A stretch of DNA of 64,000 bases, taken from positions 128,001 through 192,000 of the forward strand of contig CAWKFG010000001.1 in assembly GCA_963848965.1 (NCBI GenBank). The letters are read 5' to 3'. The stretch is from an uncultured bacterium (GTDB lineage Bacteria > Babelota > Babeliae > Babelales > Babelaceae). Shown here piece by piece: positions 1-12,541 of the stretch (positions are counted from its first letter, which is position 1; every line of letters starts with the position of its first letter). Under the pieces are notes generated by a model. The model was not told where the DNA came from. It was given only the letters and a program-made list of their open reading frames with translations, and searched no databases. The translations under genes were made by a program, and so were the position numbers.

Positions 1-9
1 GTACGTAAA

Positions 10-1137
10 ATGACTGCTCTATCATATGCTGCAGAAAACGGACATCTAGAGATAGTAAAAATGCTTTTAGATAGTGGTGCTTATAGTGATGTTCAACGTA
101 ATGATGGGGAAACGCCATTAATATCTTCAATAAAGGATGGCCATAAAGAAGTTGCAAAGCTTCTTATAGCACGAGGTGCTAATGTAAGCTTGCAAGATAA
201 CATTGAACATTCAGCTCTTGATGCTGCTCTTAAGCTGGCGGATAAAGAGCTCATAAATTTGATTGTTAGAGCAGATGTACACATTAACGAGTACTATATG
301 TCTGGTTATACTCGTTTAATATCTTCCTTAAAATATCACTACGCTAGAGAAGGAGCTTTGCTGCTTGATACAGATATTGATGTTAATGCTCCAAGTAAAG
401 ATGGTGATACTCCTTTAATAGTGGTCTCAGAGCAAGGAAACTTAAAAGCGGTAGAGCTACTATTACAGAAAAAGGCGGATGTTAATAGTGCAAATAAGAA
501 AGGTACTACGGCTTTAATGATGGCAGTAATACATGGATACAAAGAGATTGCAGCTCTGCTTATAAAAGCAGGGGCAGATTGTAATGCTTGCAATAGCTAT
601 GGATACACTCCTTTGAAGTTTGCTGATGGCAAGAACCATAAAGAAATCGTGCGACTATTAGAGTTGTCTAATACGCCTGAAGTGCAAGCATATCTAAAAA
701 ACCCTCAAGCATATGCTCAAAAAGAATGCTCTATTGTAGGAAAAACAACACCGCTGATGCTTGCTTGTATATTTGGGCACTACGATGTTATTTCTTCTTT
801 TAAGAACTGCCCGCGTAAATACCTTATTGAATCAGATGATAGCGGTTATACAGCTTTTGATTATGCTTTTATGTTTAACATACGTAGTGTTGCTACCCTT
901 ATTCATACTTTTGAAAAGAAAGATATTGTTTATACCTTTGGCAAAAATGCTGTTGCCAGTACTTATGACTGCCTTGAAAAGGCAATAGAAAGTAAAAACA
1001 CAGAAGCAGTTAGTGCTCTTTTAGGTATTGATATTGTTCCATCTTTTGGCATAGTTCAAGGAATAGAAGAGGCTGGATATTTCAATGTTTTACCTAAGGA
1101 TCTTTTTGTGAAATTGCTTTTTTTCACGAATAGTTGA
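10..1137 (+). CDS. Ankyrin repeat protein (probably N-terminally truncated by window edge)
   Basis: Multiple ankyrin repeats (TALSYAAENGHLEIVKMLL, GDTPLIVVSEQGNLKAVELLL, GTTALMMAVIHGYKEIAALL); frame is open to the window start. Confidence 0.9.
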   Translation: MTALSYAAENGHLEIVKMLLDSGAYSDVQRNDGETPLISSIKDGHKEVAKLLIARGANVSLQDNIEHSALDAALKLADKELINLIVRADVHINEYYMSGYTRLISSLKYHYAREGALLLDTDIDVNAPSKDGDTPLIVVSEQGNLKAVELLLQKKADVNSANKKGTTALMMAVIHGYKEIAALLIKAGADCNACNSYGYTPLKFADGKNHKEIVRLLELSNTPEVQAYLKNPQAYAQKECSIVGKTTPLMLACIFGHYDVISSFKNCPRKYLIESDDSGYTAFDYAFMFNIRSVATLIHTFEKKDIVYTFGKNAVASTYDCLEKAIESKNTEAVSALLGIDIVPSFGIVQGIEEAGYFNVLPKDLFVKLLFFTNS

Positions 1138-1359
1138 ATAATGCTGGGTAAAAGCCTTGCCTCTCCACTTAGGTTTGGCCATTCTTAATCTTTTAGAGTT
1201 AAGTATAAATGGCGAAAAGTTTATAGTGCCTACACTGTGAGATCTATTTGTTTGGTTCTTAGAAAAAATTAGAGCGGGCTCGTAATAATCGAGTTGGGCT
1301 CTAAGATTGTTTTTTTATAGTTTAGTACTGCCGCGGTATGCTTTTTTCTTGTATTAAGG

Positions 1360-1551
1360 ATACATTGCTTAAGAAATAGTGCAAAAATTTTTAGTATAAG
1401 TAAAATGTATCATGCTTTAAAATCAATGGGATATGAAATTAGCAAGAATACGCTTTATGATTATATGTCCTATTTTGAAGATGCATATTGTGTTTTTTCA
1501 TTAAGTAAATTTGATCTGTCTCAGCGAAGATCTTGCAGAAAGAGTAAGTAA
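1360..1551 (+). pseudogene. Fragment of AAA+ ATPase, DUF4143-type
   Basis: Own translation IHCLRNSAKIFSISKMYHALKSMGYEISKNTLYDYMSYFEDAYCVFSLSKFDLSQRRS resembles the 'SxNKLYNxLKSxGxxISKxTLYxYLxYLEDAF' segment of these ATPases; no start codon and rest of gene missing. Confidence 0.6.
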
Positions 1552-1811
1552 AAGAGCTGTTGTATATTACAAAATTATGTATGGCGTATAGGTAAATTAC
1601 AGGACAACTAGAACCTTGAACTACCTTCCTCAAATAGAATAACGTTGCAATAAAGCTTAAGCAGGAATTATTGGTATTATTAATAGTAAATAGGTTTTCA
1701 GAAGTATATCCTATGCCAAAAATGCATTATTAGACAAAGTAAGATAAGTATGTTAAAATAACTCAAGATGCTTTTATTTTCAATCAAAATTAAAAAATAA
1801 TAGGAAGTTGT

Positions 1812-2989
1812 ATGCTTTACTATCTTTTAATGTTCTTTTCTTTTATATTTTTTCTTTTCAACTGAACGCTATGGAGCAAACCCTTGAAGAGTAATTTGCT
1901 TCAATGGAGAAATTAAAAATAGTGCATCTTAAAAAACAGTTTGATGTTCGGATAGAAGATTAATCAGAAAAAAGGAAAGTTGCTTTACTTGAAAAGTAAT
2001 AAACTACTATTCAATGCAATCAAGGAGGCGTTGAAGAAATTATCTTAACAATGTTATTGAAAGTCTTTTTCAAGCTAAAGTAGCTAGTAATGCACCAGAT
2101 GAGTATGGGCAACTTCCCTTAATATATGCTATATGGCAAGACAACGCATCGTTAATTTCGCTGCTTCTAGCAAATGGTACCCATGTTAATGATAAAGATG
2201 CTGAAGGTAAAACAGCATTGCTCCATGCAGCTCACCGAGACTATCAAGATATAGTGCACATATTGCTAGATAGGAGCAGAGGTAAACGCTCAAGATAACA
2301 AGGGTAACACTGCTTTAATGGGATGTGTAGATTTCTTAATCTATTCTTTATCGGCTCTCCTAATACGTGCAGGTGCTGATGTTAATGTTCAAGATAATCA
2401 AGGTAAGCTTGCTATAGCACATCTTCCTGTGATTTTAAGAGAAGTTCCTGCATATCAAGATAGAAAAAGAATGAAGCGCTTTTTGAAATTGTGTCAATTA
2501 CCTGAAGTACAAGCATATCTTAAAGACCCTCTAGCATTTGCTACTATCCATAAAGAAGAGTATTTTATCGGTAAAATAACAGCCCTTATGCTTGCGTGCA
2601 TATTTTGTCATGAAGAAGTTATCTCTTTCTATAAAGATTGCAGCGTCAATACCTTAATTTAGTAGATATTATGGTAACAGCGCTTTTGATTATGCTGTTG
2701 ATTACGATCGAAGTCTCGAAGCATTTATCTATACATTTGGTAAGGAAGTAGACAATTACAGCTAAAAGGTCGCACTATTCTTGAAAATGCTATGAAAAAA
2801 GAAAGAGTTCCTCTTATAGATGCAATTTTAAAAGCGGGGGTACAGTGCCCCTTTAAGGTTATTCAAGGTACATCAAAAGCTGGTTATTTAAATAAATTGC
2901 AGAGTAATCTTTTTGCTGAATTGCTTCTCTTTAAAAAAAGAGGTGAAATGCTATATTCAGATTACACTGCATGGCAGTTTAAAAACTAA
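1812..2989 (+). pseudogene. Decayed ankyrin repeat gene, paralog of 10..1137
   Basis: Signal-like start then AMEQ, ankyrin repeats broken by stops/frameshifts (GKTALLHAAHRDYQDIVHILL; GADVNVQDNQG); C-terminal PEVQAYLKDP...GKITALMLACIF matches PEVQAYLKNP...GKTTPLMLACIF of the upstream gene. Confidence 0.85.
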
Positions 2990-3183
2990 TTATAATACCT
3001 TTCTTAATGCAACCTAAGGTCCTTCCTGTCTTTTAAGGTTAAAATGATTTGGCTGGATAATGAAACTTTTTAGCTTAAAGTGCTAAAAGCGTGACAGATC
3101 GCTATTTTAAGCTATACTATAAAAGAATAGTTAGCTTTTTTCCTTAAGAAAGGGCTTAAGGTTTCCTAATTTTTCAATTCCAC

Positions 3184-3211
3184 TTGAAAAAATTGATTAA
3201 AAGGGTATACT
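3184..3211 (+). promoter_or_regulatory. Sigma70-type promoter of the str/S10 superoperon
   Basis: TTGAAA-N16-TATACT about 265 bp upstream of rpsL. Confidence 0.55.
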
Positions 3212-3475
3212 GAAAATATCCACATTTGCGGATTTAAAGTATGCCTGGACCTAAAAAATGTAGAATATCTCTTACTAATCGAATATGTCAAGTAAAGCAA
3301 GGCGGTAGAGCCTACTTTATTCCTTACAGAGATCTGATTCAGATTGAATCATTTCACGTAATCTTGTATACTACACTCATACAGACTCTTAAGGTATAAA
3401 GATTTTACAGGCACATCAGTACAAGAGATAGACTACCAAAAACTAGAGAAAAACATTATTAGATGAAGGAATAGT

Positions 3476-3850
3476 ATGCCTACAATTAATCAGCTTTCGC
3501 GCTCACCGAGGGTGAAAGTAAAAAGAAAATCAAAGTGCCCAGCGCTGAAGGGGAATCCTCAAGCACGTGGCGTATGTACCCGTGTGTTTACTCAAACACC
3601 TAAAAAGCCTAACTCAGCGCTTCGTAAAGTTGCTCGTGTGAAGCTTTCAACAGGTATGGAAGTAACAGCATACATAGGTGGAGAAGGACATAACCTTCAA
3701 GAGCACTCTGTTGTATTAGTGCGTGGAGGACGTGTGCCTGATTTGCCTGGTGTGAAATATCATGTTGTTCGTGGTGCTCTTGACACGGCAGGAGTAGAAA
3801 ACAGAAAGCAAGGTCGCTCGCTCTATGGCGCGAAGCGTACAAAGAAGTAA
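3476..3850 (+). CDS. rpsL: 30S ribosomal protein S12
   Basis: [29 protein letters not shown]. Confidence 0.99.
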   Translation: MPTINQLSRSPRVKVKRKSKCPALKGNPQARGVCTRVFTQTPKKPNSALRKVARVKLSTGMEVTAYIGGEGHNLQEHSVVLVRGGRVPDLPGVKYHVVRGALDTAGVENRKQGRSLYGAKRTKK

Positions 3851-3865
3851 TAGGAAGGTTACAAT

Positions 3866-4348
3866 ATGCCTAGACGTAAATCGGTAAATTTTATTCGTCA
3901 GATTACTCCAGATGCTCGTTATGGCTCTGAAGTAGTAGAAAAGCTTATCAATATAGTTATGTGGCGAGGCAAAAAAAATGTCGCTCGTAACATTGTTTAT
4001 GAAGCTCTTGATGTTTTGACAAAGAAAGCAGGCGGAGACAAAGATAGGGGACTTGGTCTCTTTCTCAAAGCTCTTGATAACATTATCCCTGCGGTTGAAG
4101 TACGTCCTCGTCGTGTTGGTGGTAGCGTATACCAAATTCCTATGGAAGTGAGATCCAATAGAGGTCAAGCCCTTGCCATGCGTTGGTTAATCGGTGCAGC
4201 ATCTACACGCCCAGATAAAACTATGGGTATTCGTCTTGCTCATGAGCTCGTTGAAGCTTCAGAAGGCAGAGGTGCTGCTGTAAAGAAAAAATTAGATGTG
4301 CATAAGATGGCAGAAGCTAACAGAGCATTCTCCCATTATGCTTGGTAA
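3866..4348 (+). CDS. rpsG: 30S ribosomal protein S7
   Basis: RRVGGSVYQIP, HKMAEANRAFSHY. Confidence 0.99.
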   Translation: MPRRKSVNFIRQITPDARYGSEVVEKLINIVMWRGKKNVARNIVYEALDVLTKKAGGDKDRGLGLFLKALDNIIPAVEVRPRRVGGSVYQIPMEVRSNRGQALAMRWLIGAASTRPDKTMGIRLAHELVEASEGRGAAVKKKLDVHKMAEANRAFSHYAW

Positions 4349-4358
4349 AGGTGTATAG

Positions 4359-6434
4359 ATGAGTACGGACTTAAAGAAATTTCGCAATATTGGTATTGCA
4401 GCACATATTGACGCCGGCAAAACAACGGTGACTGAACGTATTCTCTTCTATACAGGTATTTCACATAAACTTGGTGAAGTTCATGAAGGTGAAGCTACTA
4501 TGGACTGGATGGAACAGGAGCGTGAGCGTGGTATTACCATTACCTCAGCAGCAACGACCTGTTACTGGAAAGGGCATCATATTAATATTATTGATACTCC
4601 TGGTCACGTAGACTTTACTATTGAAGTAGGACGATCACTTCGCGTTCTTGATGGCGTAGTTGCTGTATTTTGTGGTGTAGGAAGTGTACAGCCTCAATCT
4701 GAAACGGTTTGGCGTCAAGCAAATAGATATCGAGTTCCTCGTGTTATCTTTGTAAATAAGCTTGATCGTATTGGGGCTGATTACTTTAAAGTTATTACTG
4801 ATGTAAATACAAAACTCAAGGGAAATGCAGTTGCAATGCAATTGCCAGTTGGGCAATCTGAAGATTTCTCTGCTATCATTGATCTTCTTACTATGAAGAT
4901 GGCTACGTTTAGTGGTGATGATAAGGGTGCTTCAGTAACCTGGTCTGAAATCCCCGCTGAGTATAAGGAACAAGCTGAAGAGCTGCGCTCAAAACTTATT
5001 GAGAAAGTTGCAGATATTGACGATGTATTAGCTGAAAAATTCCTTAATGAAGAGGAAATTACAGTTGATGAACTAAAAGCAGCATTACGTAAAGGTACTA
5101 TTGAACGTAAAATAGTTCCTACTTTCTGCGGTTCTGCCTTTAAAAATAAGGGCGTTCAGCTCATGCTTGATGGAGTGCTTGAGTATCTCCCATCTCCTAT
5201 TGAAATTTCAGAAGTACGACCAATAGAAGGAACAGTACCAGGAACAGATGTAGTTGAAGTACGCCATCCAAACCCCAATGAACCGTTTTCAGGACTTATT
5301 TTTAAGTTAATGAACGATCCATTTGTCGGTGTATTAAGCTTTGTGCGTGTATATTCAGGTCAGCTTAAATCTGGCTCTTATGTATATAATTCTACTAAGG
5401 ATAGCAAAGAGCGTGTAAGCCGATTAGTGCGTATGCATGCAAATAAACGGGAAGAAGTGCAAGAATTAAAAGCTGGTGATATTGGTGCTGTTGTTGGAGT
5501 AAAAGACGCGACAACAGGAGATACGCTTTGCGATGAGAACAAGCCGATCATTCTCGAAAAGATTTTTGTGCAAGCACCGGTGATATCTGCCTCTGTTGAG
5601 CCAAAAAATAAAGCTGATTATGAAAAAATGACGATTGCTTTAAGAAAGATGGCTCAAGAAGACCCTTCATTCCACTTTACCTTTAATAATGAGACAAACC
5701 AGACCGTTATCGAAGGAATGGGTGAACTTCACCTTGAAATTGTGGTTGATCGTTTAAAGCGTGAACAGAAGCTTGAACTTGTGCAAGGTAAGCTTCAGGT
5801 AGCGTTTAAAGAAACGATTCAGCAGCCTATGGATATTGAAGGAAAGTATATCAAGCAATCGGGTGGTAAAGGGCAGTACGGTCACGTATGGCTTAAACTT
5901 GAACCACTTGAGCGCGGTAAAGGATATGTATTTGAGAATAAGATTGTAGGCGGTACTATTCCTCGCGAATTTATTCCTGGCGTAGAAAAAGGCCTTGCAG
6001 AAGCTAAAAATACTGGAATACTCGGTGGATATCCTGTTGTAGACTTTAAAGTAACGCTCTACGATGGATCATATCACGATGTAGACTCTTCTGAGTTAGC
6101 ATTTAAGATGGCAGCAAGTATGGCTTTCAAAGCAGGTATGGCAAAAGCGAGCCCTGTGCTCCTTGAACCTATCATGAAAGTGGAAGTAGAAACGCCAGAA
6201 GAGTACATGGGAGATGTGATGGGTGACCTTAACTCTCGCCGTGGCCGTATTTTAGGAATGGAATCAAAACTTGGCACAAGTGTTATTCTGGCTGAAGTTC
6301 CTCTTGCAGAAATGTTTGGTTATGCAACGATATTACGTTCTATGACCAAAGGACGAGCAACATACACAATGGAATTTGAATGTTACAGAGAAGTGCCAAA
6401 GCACACACAAGATCAGCTTCTTAAAGGTGCATAA
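4359..6434 (+). CDS. fusA: Elongation factor G
   Basis: [33 protein letters not shown]. Confidence 0.99.
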   Translation: MSTDLKKFRNIGIAAHIDAGKTTVTERILFYTGISHKLGEVHEGEATMDWMEQERERGITITSAATTCYWKGHHINIIDTPGHVDFTIEVGRSLRVLDGVVAVFCGVGSVQPQSETVWRQANRYRVPRVIFVNKLDRIGADYFKVITDVNTKLKGNAVAMQLPVGQSEDFSAIIDLLTMKMATFSGDDKGASVTWSEIPAEYKEQAEELRSKLIEKVADIDDVLAEKFLNEEEITVDELKAALRKGTIERKIVPTFCGSAFKNKGVQLMLDGVLEYLPSPIEISEVRPIEGTVPGTDVVEVRHPNPNEPFSGLIFKLMNDPFVGVLSFVRVYSGQLKSGSYVYNSTKDSKERVSRLVRMHANKREEVQELKAGDIGAVVGVKDATTGDTLCDENKPIILEKIFVQAPVISASVEPKNKADYEKMTIALRKMAQEDPSFHFTFNNETNQTVIEGMGELHLEIVVDRLKREQKLELVQGKLQVAFKETIQQPMDIEGKYIKQSGGKGQYGHVWLKLEPLERGKGYVFENKIVGGTIPREFIPGVEKGLAEAKNTGILGGYPVVDFKVTLYDGSYHDVDSSELAFKMAASMAFKAGMAKASPVLLEPIMKVEVETPEEYMGDVMGDLNSRRGRILGMESKLGTSVILAEVPLAEMFGYATILRSMTKGRATYTMEFECYREVPKHTQDQLLKGA

Positions 6435-6477
6435 GGAAAACAAGTATAATTATAAATGTTATCGGGAGATATAAACG

Positions 6478-7668
6478 ATGGCAAAAGGTATTTTTGAACG
6501 TAAAAAACCTCACGTCAATACAGGTACGATTGGTCACGTAGACCACGGTAAAACAACACTTACAGCAGCAATTACAAGTGTTCTTGCAAAGAAAGGCTTA
6601 GCTGAAGCTCGTAAGTTTGATCAAATTGATAATGCACCGGAAGAAAAAGCACGTGGTATTACCATTGCGATTTCTCACGTTGAATACGAAACAGATAAGC
6701 GCCACTACGCTCACGTAGACTGTCCTGGACACGCTGACTATGTTAAAAACATGATCACTGGTGCAGCTCAGATGGACGGAGCTATCTTGGTAGTATCTGC
6801 TGCTGATGGTGCGATGCCTCAAACACGTGAACATATTCTTCTTGCAAAGAACGTGGGTGTACCTGCTATAGTCGTGTTCTTAAATAAAGTTGATATGGTT
6901 GACGATCCAGACATGGTTGAGATGGTTGAAGAAGAAATTCGTGACCTTCTTACTAAATATGGATTCCCAGGAAAAGAGATACCTATCATTCGTGGATCTG
7001 CTTTAAAAGCATTAAACGGTGATGATAGTGAAATTGGTTCTCAAGCGATTATGAAGCTTATGGATGCGCTAGACAGCTATATTCCAGAACCAGTTCGTGA
7101 AATAGATAAGCCATTCTTAATGGCGGTAGAAGGTGTGTTCTCTATTCCTGGTCGTGGTACAGTAGCTACCGGAAGAATTGAACGTGGTAAGGTCAAAGTT
7201 GGTGAAGAAGTTGAACTTGTTGGATTTGGTGCAAACCAAAAAACAGTTGTGACCGGTGTTGAAATGTTTAGAAAAGAGCTTTCAGAAGGTCAAGCTGGTG
7301 ACAACGTAGGTCTTCTCCTTCGTGGTATTAAAAAAGAAGAAATCGAACGTGGTCAAGTACTTGCAAAACCAGGTACTGTAACTCCACACAAAAAGTTTAA
7401 GTGTGAGTTGATTGTTCTTAGCAAAGATGAGGGTGGTCGTCATAGCCCATTCTTTAATGGCTATAGACCGCAGTTTTATTTCAGAACAACCGATGTGACA
7501 GGAATAGTACAACTTCCACAAGGTCGTGAAATGGTAATGCCAGGCGACCATGTGAGCGTAGAAGTTGATCTTATTTCTCCAGTTGCTATGGAAAAAGACC
7601 AACGTTTTGCTATCCGTGAAGGTGGTAGAACGGTTGGATCTGGTGTTGTAACACAGATTCTTGATTAA
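6478..7668 (+). CDS. tuf: Elongation factor Tu
   Basis: [32 protein letters not shown]. Confidence 0.99.
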   Translation: MAKGIFERKKPHVNTGTIGHVDHGKTTLTAAITSVLAKKGLAEARKFDQIDNAPEEKARGITIAISHVEYETDKRHYAHVDCPGHADYVKNMITGAAQMDGAILVVSAADGAMPQTREHILLAKNVGVPAIVVFLNKVDMVDDPDMVEMVEEEIRDLLTKYGFPGKEIPIIRGSALKALNGDDSEIGSQAIMKLMDALDSYIPEPVREIDKPFLMAVEGVFSIPGRGTVATGRIERGKVKVGEEVELVGFGANQKTVVTGVEMFRKELSEGQAGDNVGLLLRGIKKEEIERGQVLAKPGTVTPHKKFKCELIVLSKDEGGRHSPFFNGYRPQFYFRTTDVTGIVQLPQGREMVMPGDHVSVEVDLISPVAMEKDQRFAIREGGRTVGSGVVTQILD

Positions 7669-7682
7669 AGTAGGTTTTATCA

Positions 7683-7988
7683 ATGAAAAAACAAAAGATT
7701 CGTTTGACGCTTAAGTCATACGACCATCAGTTATTAGATAAAGCTGTTAAGCAAATTGTTCTTACGGTAAAACGGACCGGTTCCCAACTTGTGGGACCGG
7801 TACCTATGCCGAATAAAAAACGTTGTTTTACAGTACTGAGATCACCTCACGTTGATAAAAAATCACGTGAGCAATTTGAAATAATAATACACCGACGTAT
7901 TTTAGATATTGTTGCGCCTTCAGATGCGACTATGGATGCATTGATGAAGCTCAATATCTCTTCAGGTGTAGATGTTGAAATTAAGTAA
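7683..7988 (+). CDS. rpsJ: 30S ribosomal protein S10
   Basis: [24 protein letters not shown]. Confidence 0.98.
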   Translation: MKKQKIRLTLKSYDHQLLDKAVKQIVLTVKRTGSQLVGPVPMPNKKRCFTVLRSPHVDKKSREQFEIIIHRRILDIVAPSDATMDALMKLNISSGVDVEIK

Positions 7989-8005
7989 GGTAGAAAGGCA
8001 TTAGA

Positions 8006-8626
8006 ATGATGAAAGGTCTCTGGGGTAAAAAAATTGGAATGACCCAGGTTTTCTCAGATGCACAAAAGGTAATTCCTGTTACTGTTATTGATCTTGGAAA
8101 CTGGTATATTACTCAAGTTAAAACCAAGGAAAATGATGGATACAGCGCAGTAAAGTTAGGGCATGTCAAAGGTAGATATGCAGAACAAACTTTTTCTGCT
8201 GATTGGTTACAAGAACCAAAAAAATATTTTAGTGCATTTAAAGAAGTTCCTTTTGATGGAGAAATTGAACTCTCTGTCGGTCAACCAGCAGATGTAGCAG
8301 CTATCCTTGTAAAAGGTGATAGCGTTGATGTATTTGGTATTACGAAAGGTGCTGGTTTTCAAGGGGTCGTTAAGCGACATGGATTTGCTGGTGGTCGTGC
8401 AAGCCATGGTGCAACATTTGGTCGATTCCCAGGAGGACTAAGCTTTATGAGAAGCCGCGGCCGTGTTATTAAAGGAAGAAAAATGCCAGGACATATGGGC
8501 GTAGAGCGGCGAGTTATGAAAAATCTTGAGGTGGTTAAGGTAGAACCAAGTGTTGTGCTTGTCAAAGGTTCAGTACCGGGGAAAGCCGGATCACTTGTAT
8601 ATGTAAGAAAGGCAAGCAATGGCTAG
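8006..8626 (+). CDS. rplC: 50S ribosomal protein L3
   Basis: [26 protein letters not shown]. Confidence 0.98.
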   Translation: MMKGLWGKKIGMTQVFSDAQKVIPVTVIDLGNWYITQVKTKENDGYSAVKLGHVKGRYAEQTFSADWLQEPKKYFSAFKEVPFDGEIELSVGQPADVAAILVKGDSVDVFGITKGAGFQGVVKRHGFAGGRASHGATFGRFPGGLSFMRSRGRVIKGRKMPGHMGVERRVMKNLEVVKVEPSVVLVKGSVPGKAGSLVYVRKASNG

Positions 8627-9272
8627 GAAAAAACAAGCAGCGCAAGCTGAAGAAACAGTAACACACCATGTCATTGCACCAGAAGATTTGGCATTAACAG
8701 AAGAGCAAAGAGTTGCCGTATCGCCTACAGGGTTTTCCCAATGCGTACGTGCACTGCTCCAGAATTGGCGTCAAGGTACTGTTGCCTGTAAAGGTCGATC
8801 TGATGTGGCTTTTTCAAATAAAAAGCCGTGGAAACAAAAAGGCACAGGTCGTGCTCGTGCAGGATCAGCCCGCTCGCCATTATGGCGTAAGGGGGGCGTT
8901 ATCTTTGGGCCACAAGCAAGGACTCGTAAACTTGCAGTTCCTCAAGGCATGAAACATCATGTGTATAAAGGATTGCTGTGGGACTATTTAACAGATAACA
9001 AAATTGTGAGTCTTAATTTTGCTCCAGAAAGTACACCAAAAACTGCTCAAGCACATAAGGCATTGCAAGCAGCAGGATTAGGCAGCAAACGTATAGCATT
9101 GTTTGTAAGCCCGGAAGACAGGCTTACGCATGCTTCTTTTGCTAATCTGCCAAATGTACGCATGTTTTTATTTGATCAAGCAAATGCTTATGATTTAGCA
9201 AATAATGAGCAATGGGTAATACTTTCTAAAGATATGGATGCCTTTAAGCAGATGGTGAACACATGGATTTAA
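8619..9272 (+). CDS. rplD: 50S ribosomal protein L4
   Basis: [28 protein letters not shown]. Confidence 0.97.
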   Translation: MARKKQAAQAEETVTHHVIAPEDLALTEEQRVAVSPTGFSQCVRALLQNWRQGTVACKGRSDVAFSNKKPWKQKGTGRARAGSARSPLWRKGGVIFGPQARTRKLAVPQGMKHHVYKGLLWDYLTDNKIVSLNFAPESTPKTAQAHKALQAAGLGSKRIALFVSPEDRLTHASFANLPNVRMFLFDQANAYDLANNEQWVILSKDMDAFKQMVNTWI

Positions 9273-9598
9273 CATTATATGATATTATCAAAGGGCCTCG
9301 TATTACAGAGAAAGCATATCGCTTAAATCAGCGATTAAAGCAGTTGGTCCTTGAAGTCCATCCGCAGGCAAATAAGCCTCAAATTGAAGAAGCATTAAAA
9401 AAGTTATTTAATGTAGAGGCGGAGAAAATTGGTATCGTTACTATGCAAGGAAAGCGACGCCGTGTAGGACGTTATTGGACCGAAGGTAAAATGAGAAAAA
9501 AAGCTGTTATTACCTTAAAAGAGGGCCAATCTGTAGACCTTATGGGTCTCGGACAAACTGCTTCTCGCGAAGAGCCAACAACTGGTAGTAAGGAGTAG
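9263..9598 (+). CDS. rplW: 50S ribosomal protein L23
   Basis: [29 protein letters not shown]; operon position. Confidence 0.96.
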   Translation: MDLTLYDIIKGPRITEKAYRLNQRLKQLVLEVHPQANKPQIEEALKKLFNVEAEKIGIVTMQGKRRRVGRYWTEGKMRKKAVITLKEGQSVDLMGLGQTASREEPTTGSKE

Positions 9599-9601
9599 AA
9601 C

Positions 9602-10420
9602 ATGGCAGTTGTAACAAGAAAACCGCGTAACTCATCGTTACGCTTTCAAACATATATAGATACCAGTGATTTAACGAAAAAGAAGCCTGAGCGTAGCCTC
9701 ACGGTGGGACTCAGAAAGTCTGGTGGCAGAAATGCTTATGGACGTATGACCGTTCGTCATCGTGGTGGTGGTGCACAGCGCAAATACCGTATAATCGATT
9801 TTAAGCGTGAAGTACGGGATATTCCTGGTAAAGTTGTTTCAATGGAATATGACCCTAATCGTAATGTACGTATAGGGCTTGTAAATTATGCTAACGGTGC
9901 AAAACGGTATATCCTTCTTCCTGAAGGTCTTTCTGTAGGAAGCATCGTTCATGCAGGTAAAGAAGTGGAAGCTAAAGTTGGAAATGCGTTACCATTGCGC
10001 AGTATACCAGTAGGTTTCACCGTGCACAACGTAGAAATTATCCCAGGTTCTGGTGGTAAACTTGCTCGTAGTGCTGGTGCAGCTGTTCAGTTAGTGGCAA
10101 AAGCAGATGAGTATGCAACACTCAAGATGCCATCAGGAGAAATCCGTATGGTACATTTAGATTGTTGGGCTACCATTGGAACGCTTGGCAACGCTGAACA
10201 CAAAAACCTCTCTCTTGGGAAAGCTGGACGTACAAGGCATTTAGGTATTCGTCCAACGGTGCGTGGTATGGCAATGAACCCCGTTGATCACCCACATGGT
10301 GGTGGTGAAGGAAGATCCAAATCTGGTTCTCACCCTGTCAGCCCATGGGGTAAAGGTGCTAAGGGTACTCGTACCAGAAAGCGCAAGAATCCGCTTATTT
10401 TAAAACGAAGAAGACCATAA
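9602..10420 (+). CDS. rplB: 50S ribosomal protein L2
   Basis: [27 protein letters not shown]. Confidence 0.99.
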   Translation: MAVVTRKPRNSSLRFQTYIDTSDLTKKKPERSLTVGLRKSGGRNAYGRMTVRHRGGGAQRKYRIIDFKREVRDIPGKVVSMEYDPNRNVRIGLVNYANGAKRYILLPEGLSVGSIVHAGKEVEAKVGNALPLRSIPVGFTVHNVEIIPGSGGKLARSAGAAVQLVAKADEYATLKMPSGEIRMVHLDCWATIGTLGNAEHKNLSLGKAGRTRHLGIRPTVRGMAMNPVDHPHGGGEGRSKSGSHPVSPWGKGAKGTRTRKRKNPLILKRRRP

Positions 10421-10442
10421 ACGAGCATAGAGGATAGATACT

Positions 10443-10730
10443 GTGAGTAGATCAGCTAAAAAAGGCCCTTTTGTTGACGAGCATTTACTGAAGAAAGTTG
10501 AAAAGATAAAGACCGGCGGCAAGAGGGAAGTAATTAAAACATGGTCGCGTAGAAGTATGGTAACTCCTGATTTTGTAGGACTTACCATTGCTGTTCATGA
10601 TGGACGAAAATTTGTGTCTATTTATATTACAGAAAATATGGTAGGCCACAAGTTAGGAGAATTTGCTCCTACGCGTACCTTTAGATTGCATAGTGGACAG
10701 CGCAAAGCAGGCGCTGCAGCTGGTAAATAA
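10443..10730 (+). CDS. rpsS: 30S ribosomal protein S19
   Basis: [28 protein letters not shown]. Confidence 0.98.
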   Translation: MSRSAKKGPFVDEHLLKKVEKIKTGGKREVIKTWSRRSMVTPDFVGLTIAVHDGRKFVSIYITENMVGHKLGEFAPTRTFRLHSGQRKAGAAAGK

Positions 10731-10772
10731 TTTTAAAATAGTGTATAATTGTATAAAGAGGATCATTGCGAT

Positions 10773-11234
10773 ATGAAGAAGACAGAGACAAGTAAGCCCA
10801 AGGCTTCTGCTCGTGCTAAGGCTCCTAAGGCTTCCGCTAAAGCTCCTTCTCCTCGACCTAAAAAGGTTGCAGCGAGTACAACAGCGGATAAGGTGGTACC
10901 AAGCCAATTTACGGCACATGCTCGCTATGTCTGGTATTCTCCTTATAAGTTGAGATTGCTTGCGGATATAGTACGCGGTAAAGATGTAACGTATGCTTTA
11001 CAATGGCTTACTACTTATCGCACAAGGCGTGCTGAGCCAATTAAGAAGACTATAGAGTCAGCTGTAGCAAATGCTAAAAATCTTTCAAATGTTGATGCGT
11101 CAACATTAACAGTGAAAGAAATTCGCATAGATCAGGGACCTACACATCGGTATTTTAAACCGAGTGCTATGGGACGCTCGATGCCGTTGCGTAAGCGGTT
11201 GAGTCATATAAGTGTTATTTTAGGAACTAAATAG
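10773..11234 (+). CDS. rplV: 50S ribosomal protein L22 with Lys/Ala/Pro-rich N-terminal extension
   Basis: SPYKLRLLADIVRGK, SAVANA, RKRLSHI; ATG at 10773 follows GAGG. Confidence 0.95.
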   Translation: MKKTETSKPKASARAKAPKASAKAPSPRPKKVAASTTADKVVPSQFTAHARYVWYSPYKLRLLADIVRGKDVTYALQWLTTYRTRRAEPIKKTIESAVANAKNLSNVDASTLTVKEIRIDQGPTHRYFKPSAMGRSMPLRKRLSHISVILGTK

Positions 11235-11241
11235 GTGAACA

Positions 11242-11877
11242 GTGGGACAAAAGGTTAACCCAATAGGGTTTAGAACAGGCGTCTATCGTGATTGGCCATC
11301 ACAATGGTTTGCTCGACGCCAAAATTATGCTAAACTAGCATTAGAAGATATGGCTATTAGAGGATATATAGCAAAAAATCTTCGTGGTGCTGAGATTGCT
11401 AAGGTAGAGATCGAAAAAGCGGCTGATAATGTGCGCGTTAGAATACATTCAGCTCGGCCTGGTGTAGTTATTGGTAAAAAAGGTCAAGATATTGATATCT
11501 TGCGTAAAAATTTAGCTCGTCTGCTTGGTCGTGAAAATGTAGAAGTATCTGTTCAAGAAGTAAAAAATCCTGAGCTTGATGCTACTATTGTTGCTAAAAG
11601 CATTGCTGAGCAACTTGAAAAACGAGCAAGCTTTAAGAAAGTTATGAAAAAAGCAGCACTTTCCTCTATAAAAGCAGGTGCACGCGGAATAAAAATTCGT
11701 TGTGCAGGACGGCTTGGTGGTGCTGAGATTGCTCGTGATGAATGGGAACGTAAAGGATCAGTACCCCTTCATACCTTACGTGCAGATGTAGATTATGGGT
11801 TTGAAGAAGCACATACTACCTATGGCGTAATTGGGGTGAAAGTCTGGATTTACCGTGGTGAATATAAATTAGTGTAA
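11242..11877 (+). CDS. rpsC: 30S ribosomal protein S3
   Basis: GQKVNPIGFR, GRLGGAEIAR, PLHTLRADVDYG. Confidence 0.99.
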   Translation: MGQKVNPIGFRTGVYRDWPSQWFARRQNYAKLALEDMAIRGYIAKNLRGAEIAKVEIEKAADNVRVRIHSARPGVVIGKKGQDIDILRKNLARLLGRENVEVSVQEVKNPELDATIVAKSIAEQLEKRASFKKVMKKAALSSIKAGARGIKIRCAGRLGGAEIARDEWERKGSVPLHTLRADVDYGFEEAHTTYGVIGVKVWIYRGEYKLV

Positions 11878-11889
11878 GAGAGTATAACT

Positions 11890-12324
11890 ATGTTAATGCC
11901 CAAGAAAATAAAATACCGCAAGGTTCAAAAGGGCCGTAAATCTGGAAGATCCAAAGGAGCTCGTGAGCTTGAGTTTGGTGACTATGGTTTACAAGCTGTT
12001 GAACCATGCTGGCTTACGGCACAACAAATTGAGGCTGTTCGTGTGACAATTTCACGAAAGCTTAAGAAAGTTGGTCGTCTCTTTATCCGGGTATTTCCGG
12101 ACAAGCCTGTTACCAAGAAACCAGCGGAAACTCGTATGGGTAAAGGTAAAGGTAACGTAGAATCATGGGTTGCTGTCGTTAAACGAGATCGCATTATGTT
12201 TGAAGTAGCGGATCTTGATGAAGCAACAGCAAAACAAGTGTTAAAAGCGGCGACATATAAGCTGCCAATGAAAACAAAGTTTGTAAAACGAACTAATGAG
12301 CAAGTAGAGCAGAAACATGAGTAA
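11890..12324 (+). CDS. rplP: 50S ribosomal protein L16
   Basis: [18 protein letters not shown]. Confidence 0.99.
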   Translation: MLMPKKIKYRKVQKGRKSGRSKGARELEFGDYGLQAVEPCWLTAQQIEAVRVTISRKLKKVGRLFIRVFPDKPVTKKPAETRMGKGKGNVESWVAVVKRDRIMFEVADLDEATAKQVLKAATYKLPMKTKFVKRTNEQVEQKHE

Positions 12325-12523
12325 AGAAAAAGATTTACGTGAAGAGCTGTGTAAGCTTTCAGCAGAAGAGCTTATAGGTAAGATTCATTCATTGCGTCGT
12401 GAACTCTTTAGCTTGCGTCTTCATGCAGCAACAACGCCTATAAAAGATAAAATGCAAGCTAAGCGTATGCGTAGAGATATTGCTCGCGCACTTACGTATT
12501 TGCGTCAATTAGATAAACATTAA
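12317..12523 (+). CDS. rpmC: 50S ribosomal protein L29
   Basis: [17 protein letters not shown]; operon position. Confidence 0.93.
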   Translation: MSKEKDLREELCKLSAEELIGKIHSLRRELFSLRLHAATTPIKDKMQAKRMRRDIARALTYLRQLDKH

Positions 12524-12541
12524 TAAAGCATAAAGGTATCT

